From NCBI RefSeq assembly GCF_006345805.1, contig NC_043001.1, positions 129,146,001 to 129,210,000 of the forward strand: DNA of 64,000 nucleotides, in the 5' to 3' direction. Made by a program: the position numbers and the translations under genes. The DNA comes from Octopus sinensis. Taxonomy: Eukaryota. Below, piece after piece: positions 23,215 through 37,765 of this stretch (its first letter is position 1; each line of letters starts with the position of its first letter). The notes under the pieces are model-generated. The model was given only the letters and a program-made list of their open reading frames with translations. It had not been told where the DNA came from and ran no database searches.

Positions 23215-23525
23215 GCTGCTTCCACCACCACTGCTGCATCCACCACCACTGCTGCTTCCACTATCACTACTGCATCCACCACAACTGCTGCTTCCACCAC
23301 CACTGCTGCTTCCACCACCATTGCTGCTTCCACCACCACTGCTGCTTCCACCACTATTGCTGCTTCCACCACCACTGCTGCTTCCACCACCACTGCTGCT
23401 TCCACCATCACTGCTGCTTCCACCACCACTGCTGCTTCCACCACCACTGCTGCTTCCACCACTATTGCTACTTCCACCACCACTGCTGCTTCCACCACCA
23501 GTGCTTCTTCCACCACCACTGTTGC
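23215..23525. repeat. 18-nt minisatellite (gctgcttccaccaccact)n, ~17 units
   Basis: Regular 18-nt period; reads AASTTT on the plus strand and GGGSSS on the minus strand. Confidence 0.95.
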
Positions 23526-23849
23526 CCACTGCCACCACCACCACCACCACCTGAAAACCTACTAATATCCCATTTTGAGCAGTTATATTTGTTGTCATCA
23601 GTCCTCTTCTTTTCCTTTTCCAACTGCAGACCATTGTTGGGTGTGGAAGCTGTTTTATAGCTAGTCATCACCATCATTCTCAACATCAGCTAATTTTTAC
23701 TTATCCTTGGGGGTTTTTATTATTTTTGTTTTGCCAGTGGTGCATGAGAATAAGTGGGAGGAGGTAGATTGAGTAAGAGTTGTCGGGTGTAGGGTAGAGA
23801 GAAAGGTAGAACAAGGTAGAAGCATGTGTGTGTGTGAAATCGTGTAAGT

Positions 23850-24910
23850 ATAAGTGTACAAGAAATTTTATAATTGTCATCATTGTTGTCATCATCATTA
23901 CTATCAATGTTATGATGATGATGATGATGATGATGATGATCATCATCATCATTATCATCATCCTTTTCATCACTCAACATCAACATCTGCTGCTTCCTCC
24001 TCTTTTTCCTCATCATCTTTATCATCTTTCTCCTTGTTTTCGTTGTCATCGTCATAATTCTCATAGTCGCTTTCGACACCAACATCATCGTCATGAACAT
24101 CATTGATCATCATCAGCCAATAATAACTTTGAAGCAGAGGCGGCGGTGGCGGTGGTGGTAGTGGTGGTGGGGGTTGGCAGGTCAGAAACAAGGAGTAGGA
24201 GGAGTGAGTGGTGGTGGTGGCAGTACTGGGGACAGTGGCATTATGGGTGAGAGGAGCATCATGGAGTGGTAATGGGATGGGCAAATTGAGGGTAAATATA
24301 GAGGAAGTAGGGGTGAGAAAGTGGGAAATGATAATGTAAATTGTGTGATGATGAGGTTAACAGAGGGGACATGGGAAGAGGATAGGTAAAATGTGTACAT
24401 AAGGATAATGGCGATGACGATGTTGGGGATAGTGATGTTAATGGTGATAGTGGCAATGATGATAATAATGATGAGGGTGGTAGTGGTGGTGGTGATGACA
24501 ATGATGACGATGATGATGATGATGATGATGATGGTGAGGACAATTGGTGATGATGACGATGATGATGACAATGATCATAACGACGATAATGATCATAATG
24601 ATGATGGTGGCGGTTGTGATGGTGATAGTAATGCTGATGATGGAGATGATGTTGGTAGTGATGATGATGATGATCGTTATGGCTGGCTGTGGTGATGGTT
24701 ATGCTGCTGCTGCTGATGATGATGATGTTGACAATGGTTGTGGTATTGATGATGATGGTAATGATGATGATGGTAATGATGATGATGATAATGATTGGGG
24801 CGTGGAGTGATGATGATGATGGTGGTAGTGATGATGTTGATAATGATGATAAAGATGACCAGGTTCGTAAAGATGCGATTGATAATGATGACACTGTTGA
24901 TGATGCTGAT
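23850..24910. repeat. (CAT)/(GAT)/(GGT) low-complexity tract
   Basis: Directly visible. Confidence 0.9.
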
Positions 24911-25059
24911 GCACCATTCACTACTTACAAATTAACAATGAAGGTAAGGGAAAGGTTACATGTACGTGTATGTATGTATGTATGTATGTATGTATGTATG
25001 TATGTATGTATGTACGTGTGTTCTGTGTATTATTCATCTGTAAGTTTATATGTATACAA

Positions 25060-25090
<31 letters not shown>

Positions 25091-25120
25091 CATTCACAGC
25101 TAGTTCACATATACACATGC

Positions 25121-25181
<61 letters not shown>

Positions 25182-25262
25182 GAGAGAAAGAGGGTGAGAG
25201 AGCTGGCTCATTGTGTGTATGTGTGTGTGTATATATATAATATATATATATATGTACATATA

Positions 25263-25354
<92 letters not shown>

Positions 25355-25381
25355 GTATATATATGTATGTATATATATATA

Positions 25382-25426
<45 letters not shown>

Positions 25427-25524
25427 TGCATAAATATATACATACATATATCTGTGACTCTATGCGTGTATTTATATGAGCCAGCTGTGCATGTGTATGT
25501 GTATGTATTATGTATGTACGTATG

Positions 25525-25563
<39 letters not shown>

Positions 25564-26894
25564 GTATGTGTGTATCTACATATGCATTTATGTATATATG
25601 TATGCATGTTTATATGCACGTGTATATGTGGGCATAAGTATACTTGATTGTAAGTAAATGAAAGTGAGTGCATGCATGCATACGTGCATGTGGTCATTTG
25701 TCTAAAATGTGTGTAAATATAAAATCCCAAAGAAAAGAAGTAGGAAAAAGGGGTGGATAGGTGGGTAGGTAGATACGAAAGAAGGTGGTAAGTGGGTTGA
25801 TCGGTGGGTAAGTGGGTAGGTGGACTGTGATAGTGGGTGGTGAGCGGTGAGTGGCAGACATGCAGAATACATGCTATATACCACCACAGTGCAACCGTTG
25901 CCCACAAACCCCTGCATCTAGGAAACCCCTGTGAGATTACAGAAATAATTAACAACAGAATGAGGAAGCAAGGGTGAGAATGAGAGCAAGGCTAAAGGGA
26001 AAAGGGTCCAGAAAATTCTGTCAGAGATTTCAATTGTTATGGGTGTCTCTTGCTCTCTCTCTCTCTCTTTTTTCATTTATCTCTTGCTTTCTCTTCTTCG
26101 CTGTCCCCTTTTTTTCCTCAGTCTGCCAAGAAAGGGAGCCCTCCACTCACATTCTCTTTTCCATATTCCTTGTTAAGCAAAACAAACACAAGTGTGTCTG
26201 CATGCATCTATGTGCATTTGTGCATGCATGTGCTGGTGTGTATGCACATTCTTTTTTGTTTTTACTTGTTTTCTATTTTTACTTGTTTCAGTCATTTTGA
26301 ATGTGGCCATACTGGAGCACTGTCTTTATCTACGTAGGTGTGAGCGTGTGTGTATTTATTTGTGCTTCTATGTCTATTCTTATATGTATGTGCGATCTTA
26401 TATACAGTAGCAAAGTGGGGAAGATGCCATGTACATGCATATAATAGGAGCTACGACACTACACGACCATACTGTAGCACTGTCGCCACACACCCAAATG
26501 CTACATTGTCTTGTAAAATGCTCTGTGGCATTTCTTTTGGCTTTTTACGATCTGATTTCAAATTCCATCGAGGCTGACTTTGCCCTTCTTTCTTTCGGGG
26601 GTTGATAAATTAAGTATCCGTCAAGCACTGGCATTGATGTAATCCCCCAAATTTCAGGCCTTGCGCTTATAGTAGAAAGGATTATTATTATTATAATGCT
26701 GTCCATCCACTGAGCCATAACATCACAATATTACCAAGTAACCATGTCAAGAACCATTCTACCAAATTACAATGCCATCATACTACAATACCACCACCAT
26801 CAGCACAATCACCAGCACCATCACCACCATTGCCAACACCACCATCACCACCGTTGATAACATCACCAGCACCACAATCACCAGCAGCAGCAGC

Positions 26895-26943
<49 letters not shown>

Positions 26944-27823
26944 CCACCACCACCACCACCGCTGTCGCCGTCACTGCTACCACCACCACCACACTACAAC
27001 ACTACCATCACGCTATAATTCCACCATGGCTCTACACTACCACCCATACTACAAAACCACCACGGTATAACATCACCATGGTATAACACCACCATGGTAT
27101 AACACTACCACTTCTGATCTACAATACCGTCAGTCTATACCACCACAATAGAATTACACCACCAGCATGGTACAACCATCACCACTACCACCACTACCAT
27201 CATCATACTACACCAATACTGCACTATAATACCACTATGGCACAACATTGCCATTACTACCATCAGTCACATTACAACACAACACCAAAACTCCACTTAA
27301 CTACAATGTCACCATGGTACTACTACACCATGATTACACTAACATGGCACCACACCACCACTATACTACAGCATCAACAAGGTACTACACTACCACCACC
27401 ACCACCACCACCACACCACCACCACCACCACCACCACTACTACCTCCTCACAATATTGTCACCATTAATACCAGGAGTAGCTGAAGAAGTTCTTGCGTGT
27501 TTATGTGGTCAATCAGCATGCTGAAAATAACAACTAAATCTCCCCTAGATCACACCCTAACCTTATAAAAAATGAAAGGAGATATTAGATAATTAGATGA
27601 TAAGATAATGTCACTCCTCGGAGCCTTAAAAGTATAGGATGGCCATGGATGGAATGCTTTTGATCTTAGGCCTGATGGATAAAAGTTGATTAGAGATAAT
27701 CCTAAACAACTACTGATACCACCACCACCACTATGAACAACAACAGCAATAGTAAAAGTATTGTTATTATATAACAGTAATAACACAAACAACAAACCCA
27801 TGACCATCACTGCCACCAAGAAT

Positions 27824-27854
<31 letters not shown>

Positions 27855-29002
27855 GCAATACCACTACCAACAACATCAACAACACCAACATCTTTGCACT
27901 TAGGGAAAAAGACAAGGTGGCCATGATTGGAATACCTTTAATCATAGGTCTACATTATTTGGGATGAAATGGTTTAAAGAACAGCAACAATAAACAAACT
28001 ACACCACTGCCGCCACCACAACCACCACCACCACCACCACCACCACCACCAGCACTCCAACACTACCACCATTACCAACAACAATACTGACATCACCACC
28101 ATCAAGTGACACCTTCACTAACAACACTATGTACTCCATAGCCACCAACAACAAAAGCAACTGCGACATTGATTTCATGCCAAGAGGGTACCTGTAGATG
28201 AGGTAAAAACAACCTTTTAAAGAAAAGAAAACCACATGAAATCAGTAGTATATGGTGGTGGTGGTGGTGGTGGTGGTGATCGTCGTCGTCGGTGGCGGCG
28301 GCGGCGTCTTCTTCTTCTCTTCTTCTTCTTCCAATCAGGACTCACGCCATTAGCCACAAAGAATAATCTCTAATTCAAGCCTACTCTAAGATACTAAGAA
28401 TGCGTGTGGCAACTTGAAGATCCACCCACCACACGTGATAGACTGGTGGTTGCATGGGCGTGAAAGCTACATTGTTATCCTCATTCCATAAACGGGGGCT
28501 TTTAACAGGTGGAGAGCTGAACCATCCTGGGGTACAGAGGATTCACAATCTAGAGTTGGGTCTGAAAGTTTTACCACACCATAGTGGGTTACACCATGGT
28601 TCCTCTGCTTTGTGGCAGAAGTAGGAAGAAAGAGTGAGAGAAAGTTGGGGTGAAAGAGTACAGCGAGGTCCCCTGGTCAGAGCCTTGTGGTGCTTAGGTG
28701 CTTTTGCTCAATAAACACTCACAATACCTGGTCTAGGAATCGAAACCATGTTCTTATGACCGCGAATCCGCTGCCCCAACCACTGGGCCATTGCGCCTTC
28801 ACAGTGGTTGTTGTATTAGGTGTGCTGCCACCCCAATGCCACCAAATTTCAAACAAGGGCATAACAAAAGTTTTCCATTAAGATTTGTGGTTAAATTAAT
28901 GAGTAAGGTTAATATTCATAATGAATTTGCATTGCACACCCAGCATGAAATGTGGCTCAGGCAGGCTGCACTACAAGAAGAATTCAAGGCAATTTTTTTT
29001 AT

Positions 29003-29231
29003 TTAACCCTTTAGCATTTAAACCAGTCATATCTGTACCAAATAGTTTACCTGTTTTTTGTGCAAATCAGCTGGATCCCACCTCTCCTACTTACCCTACA
29101 ATGTTATTCTAGAAATAAGCAAATCCCACCATTGAAATCTTGAAGCACCAAAATAATGCAGGATTAATTCAAAACAATGTCAGTAAATAAGTATTACATT
29201 TGATAGAGAAATCTGAATGCTAAAGGGTTAA
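29003..29231. mobile_element. piggyBac-like MITE
   Basis: TTAA|ccctttagcatt ... aatgctaaaggg|TTAA: a 12-bp perfect TIR starting CCC with a TTAA target duplication. Confidence 0.85.
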
Positions 29232-29899
29232 GTATACCATTCAGAAAGTCTTGCAGACCACAGTTTGCTCATGATTGTTCTCTACCAGTAGTTTTCAACC
29301 AGAGTCCATTTGATCCTTGGGGGGTCCTTATCAAAGTTCGTTGTTAAAATTTATCTTCAATAAGTTGGCTATATTTCTGCAATACACAAAATATTTTAGT
29401 AATAATTTTTTTATAATTCCTATTAATATCTGGCACTCCATTGGTTATGACAATAAGGGTTCCAATTGATCTGATCAACAGAACAGCCTGCTCATGAAAT
29501 TAACATGCAAGTGGCTGAGTACTCCATAAACACTTGTATGCTTAATGTAGTTCTCAGGGAGATTCAGTGTGACAAGGCTGGTCCTTTAGAATACAGGTAC
29601 TACTCATTTTTGGTAGCTGAGTGGACTGAAGCAATGTGAAATAAAGTGTCTTGCTCAAGGACACAATGTGTCACCAGGAATTGAACTCACAACCTTATGA
29701 TTATTAACTGAATACCTTAACCACTAAGCCACGTGCCTTCACAATAATATCTAATTATACAAATTAGATATAATGGCTGTGAGGGCCCACCTGAGTAAGA
29801 TAGGGATCAAAGCACTTCATAGGTAATAAAATGGCTGTGAAACATTGTTCTACACAATCTCTTGATCCGTTAGAGAAGTCAAATTCTCTAGTCTTACAA

Positions 29900-30352
29900 T
29901 AAAGAATGTATTGGATGACCTAGTAGTGTCTGGATTTCATGAATTGCTGGGGACCTGTCACAGCTGAAATAAAGGACTTCATAGGTCTGCTTGATTGGGA
30001 TTGAGCTGGGACTAAACAGCAACAGTTGCAGTGGTCTCTTCTCCTTCGAGGTATCATCCAGTCAGGCTGATTACCTGGGCCAATCTGACTACCTCTCTCC
30101 ATCTCGTTCGATCTTCCATTAATGTTTTTAGGTCTTCAACTTGGCATCCAACATCTTCTGTAAGCCGTTGTATTATACATCTTCTGTGGTCTTCCAACCA
30201 CTGTGGTACCATAATTTGGTTTCTACAACAGCACATTGTTCACAAGTTCTTCTTCACTTCTCCAGTGAGTAACAAACCTCAGTCTCCACTCTGGGTGGTT
30301 GATGAGAGAGTTGGTACATTCCCATATAACCGTTGCTTTGTTGGGTGCTCCC
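29900..30352 (-). pseudogene. RTE-clade LINE 3' fragment (post-RT C-terminus)
   Basis: EWRLRFVTHWRSEEELVNNVLL and IIQRLTEDVGCQVEDLKTLMEDRTRWREVVR resemble RTE C-termini; frameshifted. Confidence 0.75.
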
Positions 30353-30461
30353 CACAAGAGATGTTGAGCACTGCTCAACATTACTGCAGTGGTAATGGTG
30401 ATGATGATGATGATAACAAGAACAGCAAACGATAGTTTAGAAGCTGATAGTGAAGTGGGAT

Positions 30462-30895
30462 GGGCTTTTTCAGTTTCCATCTACCGCCGTTGCCAGCCTC
30501 GCCTGGCCCCCGTGCCGGTGGCACGTAAAAAGCACCATCTGATCGTGGACGTTTGCCAGCCTCGTCTGGCACCTGTGCCGGTGGCACGTAAAAAGCACCG
30601 ACTACACTCATGGAGTGGTTGGTATTAGGAAGGGCATCCAGCCATAGAAACATTGCCAGATCAGACTGGGCCTGGTGCAGCCTGCTGGCTTCCAAGACCC
30701 CAATTGAACCGTCCAACCCATGCTAGCATGGAAAGCGGACGCTAAACGATGATGAGGATGAAATCAACTCACAAGGCTTTGGTCAGCCTGAGGCTATAGC
30801 AGAAGACACTTGCCCAAGATACCATGCAGTGGGACTGAACCTCGAACCATGTGGTTGGGAAGCAAGCTTCTTACCACACAGCCATGCCTGCACCT
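30462..30895. mobile_element. SINE family C (30484-30762, plus) nested in SINE family A (minus)
   Basis: The family A sequence cagtttccatctacc|aaatc.actcacaagg is split by a family C body ending in a GAT tail. Confidence 0.75.
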
Positions 30896-31604
30896 GCACT
30901 ATAACAACCAATGCAACCATATGTCACCAATACTCACAACAGCACCACTGCTCTGACAAGCCACCAATCTAACTATACTACAACACTGACTACACCGCTA
31001 CCCCACAGTCCTACGTCACCACCATGCTACAACAACTAATGTCCCACCATGACAGCACATCACTCTGTATCACAGTCTTGTACTACTTTGACCTGGGTTG
31101 GATGTCCCAACAAGCCAAGCTTGTTTGGCTGAGGCTGGTCTGTGCTGTTCCAAGTTGAACAGAACTGAGTTTGGTTGGGGAAGATATGTGAAAAATGAAA
31201 TGAAAGTCTGATAAGGGAAAGTAGATGCCAGATCAATTCACAGCTAATATTGACAGTATGTAAGGAGGGTAGCACTGAACATGTGAGAAGACCCTGATAG
31301 AGAAGTTAGATAGACAGATAGATTGACAGGGAGAGATAGGGAGATAGAGTAAGAGGGAGGGGAAGAGAATGGGAAGCAGGTTATATTTTTAGCACAGTTT
31401 GGTTTTTTTATTTTTCATGTTTGATATTTTAATCCTTTTTGGTTTCTTACCATTTTTATCTTTCTTTGACGCAATTTTTATTGTTTTTTCATGTTCATTA
31501 TTGCATTTCATTCTTCAATTTTCTCCAGTTGTTATTTTTTCCCCTTATTTTAAATTTGTGTCTGCTCATATATATATAATATATTTATGTATATATGTAT
31601 ATAT

Positions 31605-31654
<50 letters not shown>

Positions 31655-32258
31655 ATATGTTATATATATATATGTATATATATTCATATATATATATACA
31701 TACACACACACATGCATACACACGCATATATATATAAAACATATTTTATGTGTTTACCCATGTGTGTGTATATATATATATATATATGTATGTGTATGTG
31801 TTTATCTATATGTGAGTATCCGGGTGTGTGTGCACAGACACACATACACTCACACATACACATATATTTATATATATATATATTTATATACACACATATA
31901 TATAAATATATATTTATATGTTCATATATATGTATAGTTGTATGTATATATATAGATATATGTATCTGCACATGTGTATATTGCAGATATACATGTATAT
32001 ATGTATGTGTTTATAACAATTATATATAATATATATATATATGCATGTTTTATGTATACATATATATAAAATGTGTTTGTGTATATATATATACACACAC
32101 ACACCCATATATATATATAAAATTCATATATGAATAATTAAAAAATAAATGATATATATATATACACATATACATATTCATGTGTGTATGTATGTATATA
32201 TATATATATATATATAATATATATGTATGTATGATATATATATATATATATATGTATG

Positions 32259-32297
<39 letters not shown>

Positions 32298-32420
32298 TGC
32301 GTGTATATATATATATGTGTCTTTCTCATACTTTTTCTTTCTTTTGTTCCATTTTATATCCAGTTACATCTCAGCTGTTTTATACACAATATAAACATAG
32401 ACTTAAGCTCTGCACCATCA

Positions 32421-32469
<49 letters not shown>

Positions 32470-32839
32470 TTATACATGCACATATTTACATGCACTGATT
32501 AATGGTTATAAACGCATGCACATATAAATTTATGCATAAACACAGACTTATGTATGTCAATACTCATAAAAAAAAAAATCACACATGCATACACATTGAT
32601 ATAGAAGATAGCAATTTACTCCTCCACCTCCTCACTCTATCCATGACATGCTATGCCCGATTGTAGGTAGTGGGGATGGAGGGATACTGTTTATGCATCA
32701 TGTCGGATAGCAGATGTGGTTATCACTATTGACTTGTATCTTGTATATCATCTTACAACAGCAAAAACAAAAACAAAAAAAAAAGAAAGAAAGTAAAAAA
32801 AAAAGAAAACAAAAGGAAATGAGAAGGATGCTGCTGCAG

Positions 32840-32866
32840 ATGATAATAATAATAATAATAATAATA

Positions 32867-32897
<31 letters not shown>

Positions 32898-32915
32898 AAT
32901 AATAATAATATAATA

Positions 32916-32986
<71 letters not shown>

Positions 32987-33150
32987 GTGATGATAATAAT
33001 AATAATGATAATGACAACAAATACAACATCATCATCCTTTAGCATCCTGGTCGGACAGGAGCTGGTCAGTTGGAGAGCTGTCCAGACTCCTCCATGTCTG
33101 TTTTGGCATGATTTCTACAGGTGGATGCCCTTCCTAATGCCAACCACTTT

Positions 33151-33202
<52 letters not shown>

Positions 33203-33225
33203 TGATGATGATGATAATAATAATA

Positions 33226-33257
<32 letters not shown>

Positions 33258-33502
33258 AATCCTTTCAACTGAAGGTACAAGGTCTGAAATTTTGAGGGAG
33301 GGGCCTTGTCGATTACATCGGTCCCAGTGTTGTTTCACGGGTACTTAATTTATTGACCCCGAAAGGATGAAAGACAAAATTTAACTTGGTGGAATTTGAT
33401 CACAGAATGTAAAGATGGACAAAATCCCGCTTAGTATTTCGCCTAGTATGCTAACAATTCTACCAGCTTTCCGCCATATTATTATTATTATTATTATTAT
33501 TA

Positions 33503-33543
<41 letters not shown>

Positions 33544-33553
33544 ACTATTAAAG

Positions 33554-33619
<66 letters not shown>

Positions 33620-33919
33620 TGTAAAGTACTATCTGTCTATGGTCCTTGTTCAATCCACAACATCACAATATTGGGTTCTGTGTGACATCTTCAATAATGA
33701 TGACAATAATAATGGGCTACTCGAAGAAAGTTCTAACTGGGCCCCATCTGCAAGTTCATGCACGGTTTATCTTGATATGAGATCATGTCACACATATATG
33801 GTTATGATGCATGTGCCTGGTGTATCCTTATCAGACAGGTAGTCATGGTGGGTATATTGGGCTTCGTATATTTGTACCCCAGTGTCACTAGATGGCATGC
33901 ACTACTTTCTCACTCAATG

Positions 33920-33950
<31 letters not shown>

Positions 33951-34029
33951 TGATGATGATGGTGATAATAATAATAATAATAATAATGATAATAATATAA
34001 TAATAATAATGATAATAATAATAATAATA

Positions 34030-34067
<38 letters not shown>

Positions 34068-34112
34068 TAATAATATAATAATAATAATAATAATAATAAT
34101 GATGATAATAAT
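32840..34112. repeat. Cluster of (TAA)n/(TTA)n tracts interleaved with SINE fragments (families B, C, F)
   Basis: Directly visible. Confidence 0.9.
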
Positions 34113-35024
34113 CAAATATGTGACCCGCAGCAAACAAGCTGATGTTGACCAGAAGCAAACCCATCAGTGGCTACGGAGCTCAGGGCTAAAAGCAGAGAGC
34201 GAAGGTTTCATCCTGGCTGCTCAAGATCAAAGCCTATTAACCCGGAACTACCAGGCCAATGTGATGAAAAATGGAGCAGACCCAAAATGCTGATTCTGCA
34301 ACGACATGATTGAAACAGTGGACCACCTAATCTCTGGATGTAAAGTCTTAGCACCAGTGGAGTATAAATTAAGACATGACAGAGTTGGCCAATATCTCCA
34401 CTGGTTAATAAGTCGACATTACGATATCAAAAGTGCCGACAAGTGGTATAATCACCACCCTGAGGCTGTAACTGAAGGAGAAAATGTAACCATTCTGTGG
34501 GACTTTCCAGTACATACAGACCGAACCATCAAGGCCAATAAACCAGATATTGTTGTGAAAGACCAAAACAATAAAGTTTGCTTATTGATCGACATGAGCA
34601 TCCCCTGTGATCATAATATCTCAGCGAAAGAGTTTGACAAGCTCAGAAAATATAAAGACCTACTCATTGAAATTGAGAAAATGTGGCATCTCAAGGCGGT
34701 TACAATACCAGTGATCGTAGGAGCACTAGGAATGATCAAGAGGGAACCGAAAATTATATGAGAATGATCCCTGGCTTACCATCCCTGCAAGAAGTGCAAA
34801 AGATTGTCTTAACTGGTACATCACACGTATTGAGAAGAGCATTGTCGATGTGAGAACTGTTGCTGCTCATGTATTTAATTTAACTTAAAAAAAAAAAAAA
34901 AAATGAACGAACTATTGAGTTTGGTTTAATGGCCTACCAATGTATACTATGAGTTTCTTTGCCCTAGGAGTCGGGAAGACACTCGGCAAGAAATGGAAGC
35001 AAATTTGAAAGAAGAACAAAAAAG
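34113..35024 (+). pseudogene. 5'-truncated R4/Dong-type LINE (CCHC zinc knuckle plus restriction-like endonuclease plus 3' UTR) within (TAA)n
   Basis: KYVTRSKQADVDQKQTHQWLRSSGLKAESEGFILAAQDQSLLTRNY...KC*FC..ETVDHLISGC..RHDRV..ILWDFPVHTDRTIKANKPDIVVKD..LLIDMSIP..KYKDL..IPVIVGALG. One TGA at 34291-34293 and one frameshift near 34741; corrected stop at 34853. Confidence 0.92.
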
Positions 35025-35989
35025 TAATAATAATAATAATGATAATAATGATGATGATGATGATGATGATGATGAAGATGATGATGATGATGATGATAAT
35101 AATAATAATAATAATAAAGTTAAGTTTGTCTCTTAGGGACAGCAAGGATTATCAGGAGGGTTCTAAACACTTGAAAACTGAAAAATTGTGGATACCTAAG
35201 TTTACAGGTAGTAACCTGCTTTCAATGTAATTCCTACCAGGAATAAATCCGAACCTGGGCCAAACTAAAATAATAATAATAATAATAATAATAATAGACA
35301 ATTGGAAGGGTGTGGTATGTAATAATACACAGGTTTGACATTGTTTATTGAAGTGAAGAATATTTCAGCAGTATATCCCTCTTCTTCAAATTAAAAAAAA
35401 TGAGACTTGTATAATGAAACAAATGAGATACATACAGAAATGCAGACATGCAAAGATTTCAATTGGATTATTCTTAGATTATTCCTTCTTAGACAAAAAT
35501 AAAAAAAAATATCAAGTTTTGTTTGTTTGTAAATGATTAAACCAAGAAACAAAAAAAAACAAAACAAAAAATAAAAATAAAAAAGAGAATGTTAACCACA
35601 GCAACAACATCAGTAATAATAGCAATGTTAGCAGCAACTGATCGTTGGGATTCTTTTGGATTGGCTCAGTAGGGGAGATATAAGGATTTCTTACATTGGT
35701 GCAAAGCTATAAATCTATAAAAGACTATTGAAAAGGTTGCAAGATGCAAAAAAAAATTAGGAAAATAAAAATAAGAAATAAGTGGAAATTTTACCGGTGA
35801 GTGTGTTAAATTATAAGGCACAAAAAGAAAATTACTCTCCCCAGACACAACAGACTATAAAAGAAAAAAAACACAAGAAGGAACAGCACTCATTGATCCC
35901 TGTGAAACTGTAAATAGGTCACGTGGGGGGATGTAGCCCACTGTGACAGTGGAAAATTGGTAAAGATGTTAGTGTGTATCTTTCCTTCT

Positions 35990-36215
35990 TTTATCTTTTA
36001 CTTGTTTTAGTCATTAGACTGTGGCCATGCTGGGGCACTGCTTTGAACAATTTTAGTTGACTGCATCAACCCCAGTACTTATTAAAAAAAATACTGGTAC
36101 TTACTCTATCACTTTTTTTTGTTGAATTGTTAAGTTCCGGAGATGTAAACACACCAACACCAGTTGAAAAACAGTAGGGGTAGGAGCACAAACATAGTCA
36201 CAAAGACATACACAC

Positions 36216-36259
<44 letters not shown>

Positions 36260-36415
36260 AGCTTCTTTCAGTTTCCATCTTCCCAATCCACTTAAAAGGC
36301 TTTGGTCAGCCTGAGGCTGTAATGGAAGACACTTGCCCGAGGTGTCATCCTGAGGGACTGAACTCAGAACCATGTGGTTGGGAAGCAAGCTTCTTACCAC
36401 ACAGCTACACCTGCA
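35990..36415 (-). mobile_element. SINE family A (older copy)
   Basis: Colinear with other family A copies. Confidence 0.75.
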
Positions 36416-37725
36416 CCTACAAAATTTTTCACAATATTTGTTCTATTTGTCCTGATTCTCAGCAGATAGAGTTCAAATTGGTGTTTCTTGCTTTCTGGTT
36501 TGTGGAGTTGGGGGGTAATAAAAAATAGAAGTACCATTACTGAGCAGTGGACTAGCAGAACTGTCAAGGGGTCAGACAAGATGTTTGGCAGTGTCTGTTC
36601 TAGCTTTCTGTGTTCGGACATTAATGCCTGCATCAACACTTGTACAAAGTTGCAGTGGCCCCAGTCAGTGGCCTTTCCTTTGGATAAACAATGTTGATAT
36701 GAGGGACAAAAGATTCGTATGCATGGGGAACTGCTTGTCTCCTACACAAAATCTTACTCAAGCCTGACCAAACATGCAAATGCATGATCAGCATTTGACC
36801 AACAAGGGCCGCACAAATCACTACTGTATGCAATGAATACTTTATATACTGTTTTGTAAAATGGCAAGTGTTTCATTAACTTACAATGTTGCATTTCAAA
36901 ACCTATGACAGCTACAATGTCGACCCTTTAAATATGAGTGTTGTCAATAAATGATTTGTCAAAACTCAGCTAAGAGATGGAAGTTGTCAAAATGTGATTA
37001 TAATTCTCCTATTATTTGAAAATAACATAAAAATTAAATTTTAAAGAATTAATTTTGTTTGTTATTTTTGTGGCCAGAGTGATGTGCACAAACATTAATT
37101 AGCATATAGAAAGGGTTAAAGACGAATGGTCTATGCTATGGTGATTTGTCTCGCGGATATTACATAAAATGGAGTTTTTAAGAGATGGCTCTCATAATAA
37201 TGAGTTATGGCGCTCACATATAAATACAAATGACAAATGACAATTATGTGTTTGGAAGATTCTAGAAACCATAAACATTTCTCAAGATGTCCTTCATTAG
37301 ATTATCCATGAAATATACTTGGTAGTATGACATTCTGGCAAAGTTTTTGTGCTAGTAATGACATACAACAAAAGACCCACATTATTCATTCAGTTAATAA
37401 TTCATATAACTATATATATATATATATATATACATGCATGCTTACATATGTATCTATGCGTGTATATCATATATGTATATGTGTATGTATGTATGTACAC
37501 ACACACACATAGATTTACATATGCATGCATACGCATATATATATATGTGTGTGTGTATGTGTATATACCATATATATATATATTTATTATATAAGATGTA
37601 TGCTAACATACACTACACATCTACATATACATCTATCTATCTATATTTATATATATATATATATCTACAAACACACACATATACACAAACTTATATATTT
37701 AAACACACACACATATATACACACA

Positions 37726-37765
<40 letters not shown>

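Noticed and set aside
23161-23565. Mucin-like (AASTTT)n ORF
   Set aside because: The ORF consists almost entirely of the 18-nt minisatellite and its N-terminus is antisense LINE sequence; no splice or expression support is visible.
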